Origin: Macrostomum lignano
Taxonomy: Eukaryota
Assembly (NCBI GenBank): GCA_002269645.1
Contig: NIVC01001313.1
Coordinates: 248,001-312,000 of the forward strand
Length of the DNA stretch: 64,000 nt
Direction of reading: 5' to 3'
The notes under the pieces are model-generated. The model did not search any database. It was not told where the DNA came from and was given only the letters and a program-made list of their open reading frames with translations. This document shows, one piece after another, positions 17,101 through 28,810 of this stretch. The position numbers and the translations under genes are program-made. Positions within the stretch are counted from its first letter, which is position 1, and every line of letters begins with the position of its first letter.

Positions 17101-20100
17101 CCCACAACTATCCATATATAGTGTAGGGATAGCGCCCCACAGCTATCCATATATAGTGTAGGGACGGCGCCCCACAGCTATCTATGTATAGTGTAGGGAT
17201 AGCGCCCCACAACTATCCATATATAGTGTAGAGATAGCGCCCCTCAACTATCCATATATAGTGTAGGGATAGCGCCCCACAACTATCCATATATAGTGTA
17301 GAGATAGCGCCCCTCAACTATCCATATATAGTGTAGGGATAGCGCCCCTCAACTATCCATATATAGTGTAGAGATAGTGCCCCTCAACTATCCATATATA
17401 GTGTAGGGATAGCGCCCCACAACTATCCATATATAGTGTAGAGATAGTGCCCCTCAACTATCCATATATAGTGTAGAGATAGTGCCCCTCAACTATCCAT
17501 ATATAGTGTAGGGATAGCGCCCCTCAACTATCCATATATAGTGTAGGGATAGCGCCCCTCAACTATCCATATATAGTGTAGAGATAGTGCCCCTCAACTA
17601 TCCATATATAGTGTAGAGATAGTGCCCCTCAACTATCCATATATAGTGTAGGGATAGCGCCCCACAACTATCCATATATAGTGTAGAGATAGTGCCCCTC
17701 AACTATCCATATATAGTGTAGAGATAGTGCCCCACAACTATCCATATATAGTGTAGAGATAGCGCCCCTCAACTATCCATATATAGTGTAGGGATAGCGC
17801 CCCACAACTATCCATATATAGTGTAGGGATAGCGCCCCACAACTATCCATATATAGTGTAGGGATAGCGCCCCACAACTATCCATATATAGTGTAGGGAT
17901 AGCGCCCCACAACTATCCATATATAGTGTAGGGATAGCGCCCCACAACTATCCATATATAGTGTAGGGACGGCGCCCCACAACCATAGTAAAGAAAGTAA
18001 TTTTCAAGCCACTGTAAATCTAGCCAAACAACAAACTTCAGAGCAATGAACTCCTTAAACTCCTTAAATAATTGACTCTGAAAGTCAAACTCGCAACTCA
18101 TATCTCTGTTAAATCCCGAACAGCTAACGGGGATCTGAGGAGAATATAAATTGACCCGCTAAGGCCAGACAGAGCCCCATAGATACGCCCCGGATACATA
18201 AACATAGAAAAGCCCTGGGCAATCGATCACCTTTCCTCTGGTCGGGATTTCAGAAGACGAAGCGTTCGGCTTGCCGAAAAAAAGAGTCATGCGCTTCCCA
18301 ATGTAGTACCCATTATTTATCCCCAGATAGAGAAATCCCCAACTGAGATTTTTGCATATCTAAAATGCGACTGAAACTATATGAGCTGACAGTTGATAAA
18401 TGCTCACAAAATGCTGCGGATATTTCTATTGTACTTTTTAGCAGATATATGATCTCACCGGTTGTACTAGTACAGCACAATATCAGCATGATCTCACCTG
18501 TTGTACAGCACAATATCCGACATGATTTTACCTGGTGTACAGCACAATATAAGCATGATCTCACCGGTTGTACAGCACAATATCAGCATGATCTCACCTA
18601 TTGTACAGCACAATATCAGCATGATCTCACCTGTTGTACAGCACAATATCAGCATGATCTCACCTGTTGTACAGCACAATATCCGGCAGCCAAATCTTCT
18701 GACAGGGCACGCGCAACACCTGCAGGCCATTGTAGTCGCTGGGATCCCAGTGCAGCCGTTCGTCCTGCCATTCCTGAATGCGACATGACGGAGGAAGTCC
18801 ATGGTTATGCATGCAGTTACAGGCAGGTTCAGCCGACAGTCGACCCCTCAAGAAGGGTGTACAGCGGCCCAGACTTTCATCCCAGTAAAGCCAGTGTACA
18901 CTTTTTGCGCCTTGTGGGTTGGCCCTGATGGACGTGAATCACTCGAGATGCACGCGTCTAACATGGAAAAGCTACCTCATCATTTTCTCCATTTACTTTA
19001 ATCCTCAAAGGCAAGTCTCACCTGTTCTAGCCAGACGTTGGTTGTAAGTACCTGGTTCACTTCATCCTGTAAAATCCAAAGGAAATTTTTAAAGACACTT
19101 CATACTCGTAGTATAAAATATGAATGAGCTGGTCTTCAGTGCCTAATGAGTAATCAAAACATTTTTTGTTCACCTTTGCTTTGTCGAGATCATGTGTATG
19201 CAGGGACTTATCTGAGATCCCTACACACCCACTCGGCGCTACCTTTCTGCGTGAAGTACTGAAATTCACTCACAGTCGTATTTAGTTAGCTGTGTGCGCG
19301 CTCGAATTCAAAATGGGGGATTCAACAAGCTCTCTATACGGTACTAAAAATGGTTCCATGATAAGACTCGCTCTGATAAATTTTTCTGCCTCAAATTTTC
19401 TACTCCTATCACGTGACTGGCACAGATGAAAACCACCTCAGTATGTTTCTGCCCCCCTGTCACGTGACTGGCACAGATGAAAACCACCTCAGTATGTTTC
19501 TGCCCCCCTGTCACGTGACTGGCACAGATGCAAAACCACCTCAGTATGTTTCTGCCCCCTGTCACGTGACTGGAACAGATGTAAAACCACCTCAGTATGT
19601 TTCTGCCCCCTGTCACGTGACTGGCACAGATGAAAACCACCACAAGATGTTTTACCCCCTGTCACGTGACTGGCACAGATGAAAACCACCACAATATGTT
19701 TCGACCCCTGTCACGTGACTGGCACTGATAACAACCACCCAAATCACCCGGCCCAAGGAAGGGAAAGAAGGGGAGGGGAACCAACCATGTCCGCGATGAG
19801 GATTAGTGCAAAGCCGAACTTCACCATCACCTGGCTGGATGAGTTGAGCACAGGCCGGACGGCCGAGTCGTATCCGGCCAGAATCCGCTTCATCAGGGCC
19901 TGCTCATCGGGTACCGGCGCTCCGGCACCAGCAGAACAAAAATTCGGGGGAGAGAAGTACGCATTAACGATGTCGCGTTGATTAGTAACTCACCAGCTGA
20001 GAGATTTGAATCAGAGCCAGCTGGAACCGGACTTCCACCGTGTTGCTGGCGTTAAACGTTGGCCTGGAGGCTGAGTCATAGTTCAGCATCAGCAGAGTGA

Positions 20101-21458
20101 GCAGTCGCTGCTCATCGGTACTGATATGCGGCATCGTCAGCTGCTGACAGCTGGCTGTCAAAGCGTAGTACCCTAGCAACGCCATAGCAACAAGCATGCC
20201 GCAACATTTCGCAGGCATGGCGCAATTTCTCTGGGGCATAACTATAGGTCGAACAGCAGGCAATATAACTGAGCTATATTGTATATTATGCTCTGTTGAG
20301 CAGGTCCGATTCTGATTTGAGAATTTTTTTAAGCTAATCCCCCTCCCGAGTAGATTTTCCCTGCCGAGGTCTTGTCAGGTCATTGGTGGAGAGGGGCATG
20401 GACCTACTCTGGAAAGGGATTTTTACGCATGAATTTCGATTTGAGATACCGCAGCCCACAAGCCACGGTGGAACCCGGTCTCCCTGAACACGGCAGCACG
20501 AATTCATGCTGCGCATTGTGAGCTCAGCCTGACTTTTGTTTGCGAGGAAAGCCAAGTGGGGGTCTTTCAAATTCTTCTAGCTGGTCTGCGTGTGCTCGCT
20601 GGGCTTTCAATCGTGCCAGTGCAGCTGGCACTTCTATGCGGGCGATTGTGAAATGCTTTTGGAATGCTAAGGGAATGCGTGATGGAATGAGGATGTGAAT
20701 GGATGAGGATGTGAATGGATGTGAAAGCCCGAGTGTCCATACTCACCGATCAGAGGCACGAACTCGCTAGTTGCCGGCATGTTCTCAGCTATGAGCAGCA
20801 TAAACACTGAGAAGGCCAGCAGCACAGTGATGCCCAGAGTGATTTTCTCCCCTGAGTCGGGCGGCAGCCAGAATCCCAACAGGCTGAGCAGGGTGAGCCA
20901 CAGGCAGGGAAAGATTATGTTGAACAGGTAGTACAGGGTGCGGCGCTGGATCACTATGTGGAACTTGATGTCCGGGTAGGGCACCGGGCTGATGGGGTAG
21001 ACCGTCTGGAATTCGGACCCGGCGGGAGACCGGCTATTGTGCCATTTATGCAGCTGCAATAATGCCATTCTTATCCCTTGAAACTCCACATGTTCCTCCT
21101 CTCTCCCTGTCCCTCACCCTGACTGTCTTTTTGCCTCTCCCTCTTCCTTCTCCCTCTCGCTCCCTCTCTGTCCCTCTCCGTCACCTTTATTTCTCTCTCT
21201 CTCTCCGTCTCCCTCTCTCCCTCCCTCTCCCCCTCTCTCTCTCCCTCTCTCTCTCCCTCTCTCTCTCTCCCTCTCTCTCTCCCTCTCCCTCTCTCTCCCC
21301 TCTCTCTCTCCCTCTCCCTCTCTCTCTCCCTCTCTCTTTCTCTCCCTCTCTCTCCCTCTCTCTCCCTCTCTCTCTCTCCCTCCCTCTCCCTCTCTCTCTC
21401 TCCCTCTCTCTCTCCCTCTCCCTCTCTCTCCCTCTCTCTCTCCCTCTCTCCCTCTCCC

Positions 21459-21500
<42 letters not shown>

Positions 21501-24500
21501 TCCCTCTCCCTTACCCTCTCCCTCCTACTCATCTACTTTATATCCCTTGATGTTCTCTTTATCCCCTCTCCCTGCCAGTCTCAGTCCATCTGTGATTAGC
21601 AAAACTGGGCTAATCACAGGCTAATAACTGGGCTAACACCATGGACGTCGCCAGCCTGTACACCAACATCCCGACGGAGGCCGGCCTCGAGTGCGTGCGA
21701 AGAGCGTTTAGGGAGCACCCGGACAGCCGGCGCCCAGACGCCAGCCTACTCAGCCTGCTCAAGCTGAACCTGGAGCGCAACGACTTCGAGTTTGACGGCA
21801 GGTACTTTCTGCAGGTGAAAGGCACTGCCATGGGGAAGTCGTTCGCGCCCAGCTACAGCAACATCTACATGGGCTATTGGGAGCAGAGAGGCCTGGAGAC
21901 CAGCCCGCAGAAGCCCAGCCTGTGGCTCCGCTACATCGACGACGTCTTTGGAGTGTGGCGTGGCACAGAGGCGGAGCTGGTCCAGTTCCATCAACACCTG
22001 GACGCCCTCGACCCCAACATCCGACTTCAACTGAGCTACAGCAGCACAGAGGTGAACTTCCTAGACACCACCGTCTTCTGGGACCGCGAAGGCGACAGCA
22101 AAAGCCTGGCAACCAGGGTATATTTCAAGCCCACCGACAGCCGAGTCCTTATCCACCGCGACTCCTTCCATCCTAAGCGAACTTTCCGGGGCGTGGTAAA
22201 GTCCCAGCTCCTCAGGTACGCCCGGCGATGCTCCCGGATGGCCGACTTCGACGCAGCGTGCACCGGGCTGATGTCGAATCTGGTGCAGCACCAAGGCTAC
22301 AGCCGGCGCTTCCTCCGCACCATCAAGTACGACGTGCTGACGGAGCTCGGCTTCTACCCGACCAGACGGTGGGAGTTCGGCTTCCTGCCGTGCAACTCGG
22401 CCCGACTCTGCAAGTGCTGCCAGGCGCACGCCAGGTTCACCTCCGTCTGCCCCGGATCAGCAGCCACGACAGTCCAGATCATCATCAGTCAGCGGATCGA
22501 CTGCAACGCCACGAACGCCGTCTATGCCGTGTTCTGCCGCCGGTGCGACCACACGGTCTACGTCGGCGAGACCGCCAACAGCATCCGTGGTCGCATGCTG
22601 GCGCACATCGGTGACATCCGGCACACCCGTGACACTCCGGTAGCGCGCCACTTCACCAGCGGTGGCCACAGTCTGACGGACTTCGCCTTCACCGGCATCT
22701 GGACACGCGATGGCACAGGACCCAGAGCTGACGAGCGGCGTCAGCGCCAGGCCAAGTTTATCGAGGTCCTGAGGACTCATGTTCCACACGGCGCCAACGA
22801 ACTTGCCGGCATACTGCACAAACCGGCCATCCCGCTGATCCTGCCCCACTGTGCGACCTCCGACGCCCTGGCTGCCAAAGTGAAGGACAGGGTGATACGC
22901 CACTGCGAGACCCCGGTGCTGCCCGCCTACACCAAGGGGAGAAGCCTCCGGACTCTGCTCTCTCATAGTCGGCTCGATCCTGCCAACTAGGCCCCTTTTG
23001 ACGCCTGTACAAAGGCTCTTTTACTGCTATTTTTCCCCTCTGTGATTTTTTCATTGACTTTATTTTGATTTATTCAGATTATTTATTCTCTGCTTTTTAT
23101 TCATTTTTCTGACACTGTGTACGGTGCACCTGCATTTTTTGCTCTGAGCATTTAATAATAGCTTTTATTTACCTTATCTATTTATTTTGCCATTTATTTT
23201 TACAATTTTTATTCTACACTCAAAGGTCGTCTAGGCCCACTTGTACAGTTTTAGCCACCCCCCGCTTTTCTCATAGTCTCGGACTCGTTTTTATGTACTG
23301 ACCATGCGTACTGTTTTAAGTGCTTGAGCACATCAATTTATCGATCGTCTCTCCCTGGCGATATCGCCTTTATATATTGATGGCAATTCGCGCCAAATAA
23401 ACTTCACTCGCTTACAGCCCTGACGAAGAAATTTAATTTTGAAATATCGGCTACTCAATTTAAATTGACTTTTTTCAGTCCTTTCTGACTTTCTACCGTG
23501 TCAGTGCCCGGGATTGGAGGCGCCCTCTCTCTCTCTCTCTCTCCCTCTCTCTCTCTCCCTCTCCCTCTCCCTTACCCTCTCCCTCCTACTCATCTACTTT
23601 ATATCCCTTGATGTTCTCTTTATCCCCTCTCCCTGCCAGTCTCAGTCCATCTGTGATTAGCAAAACTGGGCCAGAATCTGCGCTGCTCACCTCCTGACGA
23701 TCCACGTCGACTCGTAGCAGGTTCCACTCGCCGCTTTGCACGTAGTTGGCGAAGTCCACCTCTTCTCGTCTAGAATGGCGGATTTGAGTGCAGTGCTGAA
23801 TGCGACTCAGACTCATATAGACTCAGACTCATATAGACTCAGACTCATATAGACTCAGACTCATATAGACTCAGACTCATATAGACTCAGACTCATATAG
23901 ACTCAGACTCATATAGACTCAGACTCATATAGACTCAGACTCATATAGACTCAGACTCATATAGACTCAGACTCATATAGACTCTTTCTACGCACAGTAA
24001 TAGGATGCGTTCGTTAACTCACTTTTTAGTAATATTAACTTGATAACCATCGTAGGTCCACGATCCGAACTTCATCGTGCACACCTGATCGTCAAACGGG
24101 AAATAGGTGATGTCGATTTTGCAGGTAGAACGCAGCTTAGCTGGCGGAGGCCAGAACACGGTGCCGCTTGAGTCCACCATCGCCTTGCTCTGCATGTAGC
24201 CTGTGGTGAAGTCGTCCGCGCTGCAGTTCATTGTTGAGGAGGATGGTGTAGGGAGCAATTCATATAGTGTAGGGACGGCGCCCCACAGCTATCCATACAG
24301 TGTAGGGACGGCGCCCCACAACTATCCATATATAGTGTAGGGATAGCGCCCCACAACTATCCATATATAGTTTAGGGATGGCGCCCCACAGCTATCCATA
24401 CAGTGTAGGGACGGCGCCCCACAACTATCCATATATAGTGTAGGGATAGCGCCCCACAGCTATCCATATATAGTGTAGGGACGGCGCCCCACAGCTATCT

Positions 24501-27500
24501 ATGTATAGTGTAGGGATAGCGCCCCACAACTATCCATATATAGTGTAGAGATAGCGCCCCTCAACTATCCATATATAGTGTAGGGATAGCGCCCCACAAC
24601 TATCCATATATAGTGTAGAGATAGCGCCCCTCAACTATCCATATATAGTGTAGGGATAGCGCCCCTCAACTATCCATATATAGTGTAGAGATAGTGCCCC
24701 TCAACTATCCATATATAGTGTAGGGATAGCGCCCCACAACTATCCATATATAGTGTAGAGATAGTGCCCCTCAACTATCCATATATAGTGTAGAGATAGT
24801 GCCCCTCAACTATCCATATATAGTGTAGGGATAGCGCCCCTCAACTATCCATATATAGTGTAGGGATAGCGCCCCTCAACTATCCATATATAGTGTAGAG
24901 ATAGTGCCCCTCAACTATCCATATATAGTGTAGAGATAGTGCCCCTCAACTATCCATATATAGTGTAGGGATAGCGCCCCACAACTATCCATATATAGTG
25001 TAGAGATAGTGCCCCTCAACTATCCATATATAGTGTAGAGATAGTGCCCCACAACTATCCATATATAGTGTAGAGATAGCGCCCCTCAACTATCCATATA
25101 TAGTGTAGGGATAGCGCCCCACAACTATCCATATATAGTGTAGGGATAGCGCCCCACAACTATCCATATATAGTGTAGGGATAGCGCCCCACAACTATCC
25201 ATATATAGTGTAGGGATAGCGCCCCACAACTATCCATATATAGTGTAGGGATAGCGCCCCACAACTATCCATATATAGTGTAGGGATAGCGCCCCACAAC
25301 TATCCATATATAGTGTAGGGATAGCGCCCCACAACTATCCATATAGTGTAGGGACGGCGCCCCACAACCATAGTAAAGAAAGTAATTTTCAAGCCACTGT
25401 AAATCTAGCCAAACAACAAACTTCAGAGCAATGAACTCCTTAAACTCCTTAAATAATTGACTCTGAAAGTCAAACTCGCAACTCATATCTCTGTTAAATC
25501 CCGAACAGCTAACGGGGATCTGAGGAGAATATAAATTGACCCGCTAAGGCCAGACAGAGCCCCATAGATACGCCCCGGATACATAAACATAGAAAAGCCC
25601 TGGGCAATCGATCACCTTTCCTCTGGTCGGGATTTCAGAAGACGAAGCGTTCGGCTTGCCGAAAAAAAGAGTCATGCGCTTCCCAATGTAGTACCCATTA
25701 TTTATCCCCAGATAGAGAAATCCCCAACTGAGATTTTTGCATATCTAAAATGCGACTGAAACTATATGAGCTGACAGTTGATAAATGCTCACAAAATGCT
25801 GCGGATATTTCTATTGTACTTTTTAGCAGATATATGATCTCACCGGTTGTACTAGTACAGCACAATATCAGCATGATCTCACCTGTTGTACAGCACAATA
25901 TCCGACATGATTTTACCTGGTGTACAGCACAATATAAGCATGATCTCACCGGTTGTACAGCACAATATCAGCATGATCTCACCTATTGTACAGCACAATA
26001 TCAGCATGATCTCACCTGTTGTACAGCACAATATCAGCATGATCTCACCTGTTGTACAGCACAATATCCGGCAGCCAAATCTTCTGACAGGGCACGCGCA
26101 ACACCTGCAGGCCATTGTAGTCGCTGGGATCCCAGTGCAGCCGTTCGTCCTGCCATTCCTGAATGCGACATGACGGAGGAAGTCCATGGTTATGCATGCA
26201 GTTACAGGCAGGTTCAGCCGACAGTCGACCCCTCAAGAAGGGTGTACAGCGGCCCAGACTTTCATCCCAGTAAAGCCAGTGTACACTTTTTGCGCCTTGT
26301 GGGTTGGCCCTGATGGACGTGAATCACTCGAGATGCACGCGTCTAACATGGAAAAGCTACCTCATCATTTTCTCCATTTACTTTAATCCTCAAAGGCAAG
26401 TCTCACCTGTTCTAGCCAGACGTTGGTTGTAAGTACCTGGTTCACTTCATCCTGTAAAATCCAAAGGAAATTTTTAAAGACACTTCATACTCGTAGTATA
26501 AAATATGAATGAGCTGGTCTTCAGTGCCTAATGAGTAATCAAAACATTTTTTGTTCACCTTTGCTTTGTCGAGATCATGTGTATGCAGGGACTTATCTGA
26601 GATCCCTACACACCCACTCGGCGCTACCTTTCTGCGTGAAGTACTGAAATTCACTCACAGTCGTATTTAGTTAGCTGTGTGCGCGCTCGAATTCAAAATG
26701 GGGGATTCAACAAGCTCTCTATACGGTACTAAAAATGGTTCCATGATAAGACTCGCTCTGATAAATTTTTCTGCCTCAAATTTTCTACTCCTATCACGTG
26801 ACTGGCACAGATGAAAACCACCTCAGTATGTTTCTGCCCCCCTGTCACGTGACTGGCACAGATGAAAACCACCTCAGTATGTTTCTGCCCCCCTGTCACG
26901 TGACTGGCACAGATGCAAAACCACCTCAGTATGTTTCTGCCCCCTGTCACGTGACTGGAACAGATGTAAAACCACCTCAGTATGTTTCTGCCCCCTGTCA
27001 CGTGACTGGCACAGATGAAAACCACCACAAGATGTTTTACCCCCTGTCACGTGACTGGCACAGATGAAAACCACCACAATATGTTTCGACCCCTGTCACG
27101 TGACTGGCACTGATAACAACCACCCAAATCACCCGGCCCAAGGAAGGGAAAGAAGGGGAGGGAAACCAACCATGTCCGCGATGAGGATTAGTGCAAAGCC
27201 GAACTTCACCATCACCTGGCTGGATGAGTTGAGCACAGGCCGGACGGCCGAGTCGTATCCGGCCAGAATCCGCTTCATCAGGGCCTGCTCATCGGGTACC
27301 GGCGCTCCGGCACCAGCAGAACAAAAATTCGGGGAGAGAAGTACGCATTAACGATGTCGCGTTGATTAGTAACTCACCAGCTGAGAGATTTGAATCAGAG
27401 CCAGCTGGAACCGGACTTCCACCGTGTTGCTGGCGTTAAACGTTGGCCTGGAGGCTGAGTCATAGTTCAGCATCAGCAGAGTGAGCAGTCGCTGCTCATC

Positions 27501-28810
27501 GGTACTGATATGCGGCATCGTCAGCTGCTGACAGCTGGCTGTCAAAGCGTAGTACCCTAGCAACGCCATAGCAACAAGCATGCCGCAACATTTCGCAGGC
27601 ATGGCGCAATTTCTCTGGGGCATAACTATAGGTCGAACAGCAGGCAATATAACTGAGCTATATTGTATATTATGCTCTGTTGAGCAGGTCCGATTCTGAT
27701 TTGAGAATTTTTTTAAGCTAATCCCCCTCCCGAGTAGATTTTCCCTGCCGAGGTCTTGTCAGGTCATTGGTGGAGAGGGGCATGGACCTACTCTGGAAAG
27801 GGATTTTTACGCATGAATTTCGATTTGAGATACCGCAGCCCACAAGCCACGGTGGAACCCGGTCTCCCTGAACACGGCAGCACGAATTCATGCTGCGCAT
27901 TGTGAGCTCAGCCTGACTTTTGTTTGCGAGGAAAGCCAAGTGGGGGTCTTTCAAATTCTTCTAGCTGGTCTGCGTGTGCTCGCTGGGCTTTCAATCGTGC
28001 CAGTGCAGCTGGCACTTCTATGCGGGCGATTGTGAAATGCTTTTGGAATGCTAAGGGAATGCGTGATGGAATGAGGATGTGAATGGATGAGGATGTGAAT
28101 GGATGAGGATGTGAATGGATGAGGATGTGAATGGATGAGGATGTGAATGGATGAGGATGTGAATGGATGAGGATGTGAATGGATGAGGGTGTGAATGAAT
28201 GAGGATGTGAATGGATGAGGATGTGAATGGATGAGGATGTGAATGGATGAGGATGTGAATGGATGAGGATGTGAATGGATGAGGATGTGAATGGATGAGG
28301 ATGTGAATGGATGAGGATGTGAATAGATGAGGATGTGAATGGATGAGGATGTGAATGGATGAGGATGTGAATGGATGAGGATGTGAATGGATGAGGGTGT
28401 GAATAGATGAGGATGTGAATGGATGAGGATGTGAATAGATGAGGATGTGAATGGATGAGGATGTGAATGGATGACGATGTGAATGGATGACGATGTGAAT
28501 GGATGAGGATGTGAATGGATGAGGATGTGAATAGATGAGGATGATAATTCAATAATTCAATTAATTCAGTAATAATTCAAGGATTACTTGCACTTTGAAG
28601 CACTTCCCAGCTCAAAAGTTTGAGAACGCGTTGCTTCAAACACACCAGTCAGCTGCACTCACCTGACAATGCAGTCTGATTATTAAAGTTCAATGTGTAC
28701 TCGCTGCCCAGTCCAGTGAGGTCGGCCGCAGAAGAGCCAGAACTGCTCACTAGCAGCGGCAGAACTATGTGCAGCTTCAATGCAGCCTCAAGACCCAGTG
28801 CAGGCAGCAT
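11594..28810 (-). CDS. Nicotinic acetylcholine receptor subunit gene, non-alpha type (Cys-loop ligand-gated cation channel), multi-exon
   Basis: Phase-consistent GT-AG exons: 28663-28810 (signal peptide); 19994-20239 or 19786-19919 (alternative N-termini); 19022-19066 ([15 protein letters not shown]); 18664-18773 (WLPDIVLYN); 16706-16903 (Cys-loop [15 protein letters not shown]); 16374-16452; 13431-13689 (TM1-TM2, [12 protein letters not shown]); 11594-12120 (TM3-TM4). Duplicate exons at 27378-27623, 27171-27304, 26407-26451, 26049-26158, 24023-24220, 23691-23769, 20747-21005. Confidence 0.95.
12678..13242. mobile_element. Foldback/MULE-like non-autonomous element (565 bp)
   Basis: Long imperfect inverted arms built from ~15-bp subrepeats (ccggacatttgccct / agggcaaatgtccgg); 9-bp TSD gctagtcaa at 12669-12677 and 13243-13251. 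Confidence 0.8.
13870..14200. repeat. (CT)n/CCCT-rich microsatellite (copy at about 21186-21516)
   Basis: Direct inspection. Confidence 0.95.
14325..15674 (+). CDS. PLE reverse transcriptase (C-terminal part) plus GIY-YIG endonuclease
   Basis: [14 protein letters not shown]...AP, RYIDD, FLD, YFKPT; Cys-rich linker [10 protein letters not shown]; [10 protein letters not shown]...YVGET...R...H. Confidence 0.93.
   Translation: MDVASLYTNIPTEAGLECVRRAFREHPDSRRPDASLLSLLKLNLERNDFEFDGRYFLQVKGTAMGKSFAPSYSNIYMGYWEQRGLETSPQKPSLWLRYIDDVFGVWRGTEAELVQFHQHLDALDPNIRLQLSYSSTEVNFLDTTVFWDREGDSKSLATRVYFKPTDSRVLIHRDSFHPKRTFRGVVKSQLLRYARRCSRMADFDAACTGLMSNLVQHQGYSRRFLRTIKYDVLTELGFYPTRRWEFGFLPCNSARLCKCCQAHARFTSVCPGSAATTVQIIISQRIDCNATNAVYAVFCRRCDHTVYVGETANSIRGRMLAHIGDIRHTRDTPVARHFTSGGHSLTDFAFTGIWTRDGTGPRADERRQRQAKFIEVLRTHVPHGANELAGILHKPAIPLILPHCATSDALAAKVKDRVIRHCETPVLPAYTKGRSLRTLLSHSRLDPAN
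16099..16135 (+). ncRNA. Minimal type I hammerhead ribozyme in the PLE 3' region
   Basis: AGCC-CUGACGA-stem II (agaa/tttt)-GAAA-UA-UC-GGCU; palindromic AUAU stem III; predicted cleavage after C16131. Confidence 0.8.
16487..16666. repeat. 16-bp minisatellite agactcagactcatat (copy at about 23804-23983)
   Basis: Direct inspection. Confidence 0.95.
16945..17992. repeat. 35-bp minisatellite (copy at about 24262-25377 is about 68 bp longer)
   Basis: Unit atatagtgtagggatagcgccccacaactatccat. Confidence 0.95.
18449..18683 (-). repeat. 33-bp minisatellite containing the nAChR exon end and 5' splice site (copy at about 25834-26068)
   Basis: Minus-strand unit GATATTGTGCTGTACAACAG|GTGAGATCATGCT, 7 copies including the real donor. 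Confidence 0.92.
19409..19725. repeat. About 50-bp minisatellite with a cacgtgactggc core (copy at about 26794-27110)
   Basis: Direct inspection. Confidence 0.9.
19786..19919 (-). CDS. nAChR alternative exon 1b (copy at 27171-27304); not in the ORF track
   Basis: [45 protein letters not shown]; AG acceptor after a pyrimidine tract; phase-0 donor GTTGGT. Confidence 0.8.
19994..20239 (-). CDS. nAChR alternative first exon 1a with its own signal peptide (copy at 27378-27623)
   Basis: [17 protein letters not shown]...[41 protein letters not shown]|GTGAGT. Confidence 0.85.
21641..22990 (+). CDS. PLE RT plus GIY-YIG, copy 2
   Basis: Same 449-aa translation as 14325-15674. Confidence 0.93.
   Translation: MDVASLYTNIPTEAGLECVRRAFREHPDSRRPDASLLSLLKLNLERNDFEFDGRYFLQVKGTAMGKSFAPSYSNIYMGYWEQRGLETSPQKPSLWLRYIDDVFGVWRGTEAELVQFHQHLDALDPNIRLQLSYSSTEVNFLDTTVFWDREGDSKSLATRVYFKPTDSRVLIHRDSFHPKRTFRGVVKSQLLRYARRCSRMADFDAACTGLMSNLVQHQGYSRRFLRTIKYDVLTELGFYPTRRWEFGFLPCNSARLCKCCQAHARFTSVCPGSAATTVQIIISQRIDCNATNAVYAVFCRRCDHTVYVGETANSIRGRMLAHIGDIRHTRDTPVARHFTSGGHSLTDFAFTGIWTRDGTGPRADERRQRQAKFIEVLRTHVPHGANELAGILHKPAIPLILPHCATSDALAAKVKDRVIRHCETPVLPAYTKGRSLRTLLSHSRLDPAN
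23416..23452 (+). ncRNA. Minimal hammerhead ribozyme, copy 2
   Basis: Identical to 16099-16135. Confidence 0.8.
28065..28545. repeat. 16-bp minisatellite gaatggatgaggatgt; its first units lie at the duplication junction (20685-20724)
   Basis: Direct inspection. Confidence 0.95.
28663..28810 (-). CDS. nAChR distal first exon (signal peptide, phase-1 donor); not in the ORF track
   Basis: [31 protein letters not shown]...NQTALS, then G|GTGAGT; phase matches the acceptor of exon 1b. Confidence 0.7.

Larger units (their letters stand above)
21637..23522 (+). mobile_element. Penelope-like retroelement, copy 2 (part of the tandem duplication)
   Basis: Same sequence as 14321-16205 apart from one extra C. 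Confidence 0.92.
13409..28105. repeat. Near-identical 7.3-kb tandem duplication (copy 1 about 13409-20724, copy 2 about 20725-28105)
   Basis: Same exons, PLE and satellites at offsets 7316-7385; differences noticed are single-base homopolymer indels and VNTR copy number. Confidence 0.97.
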
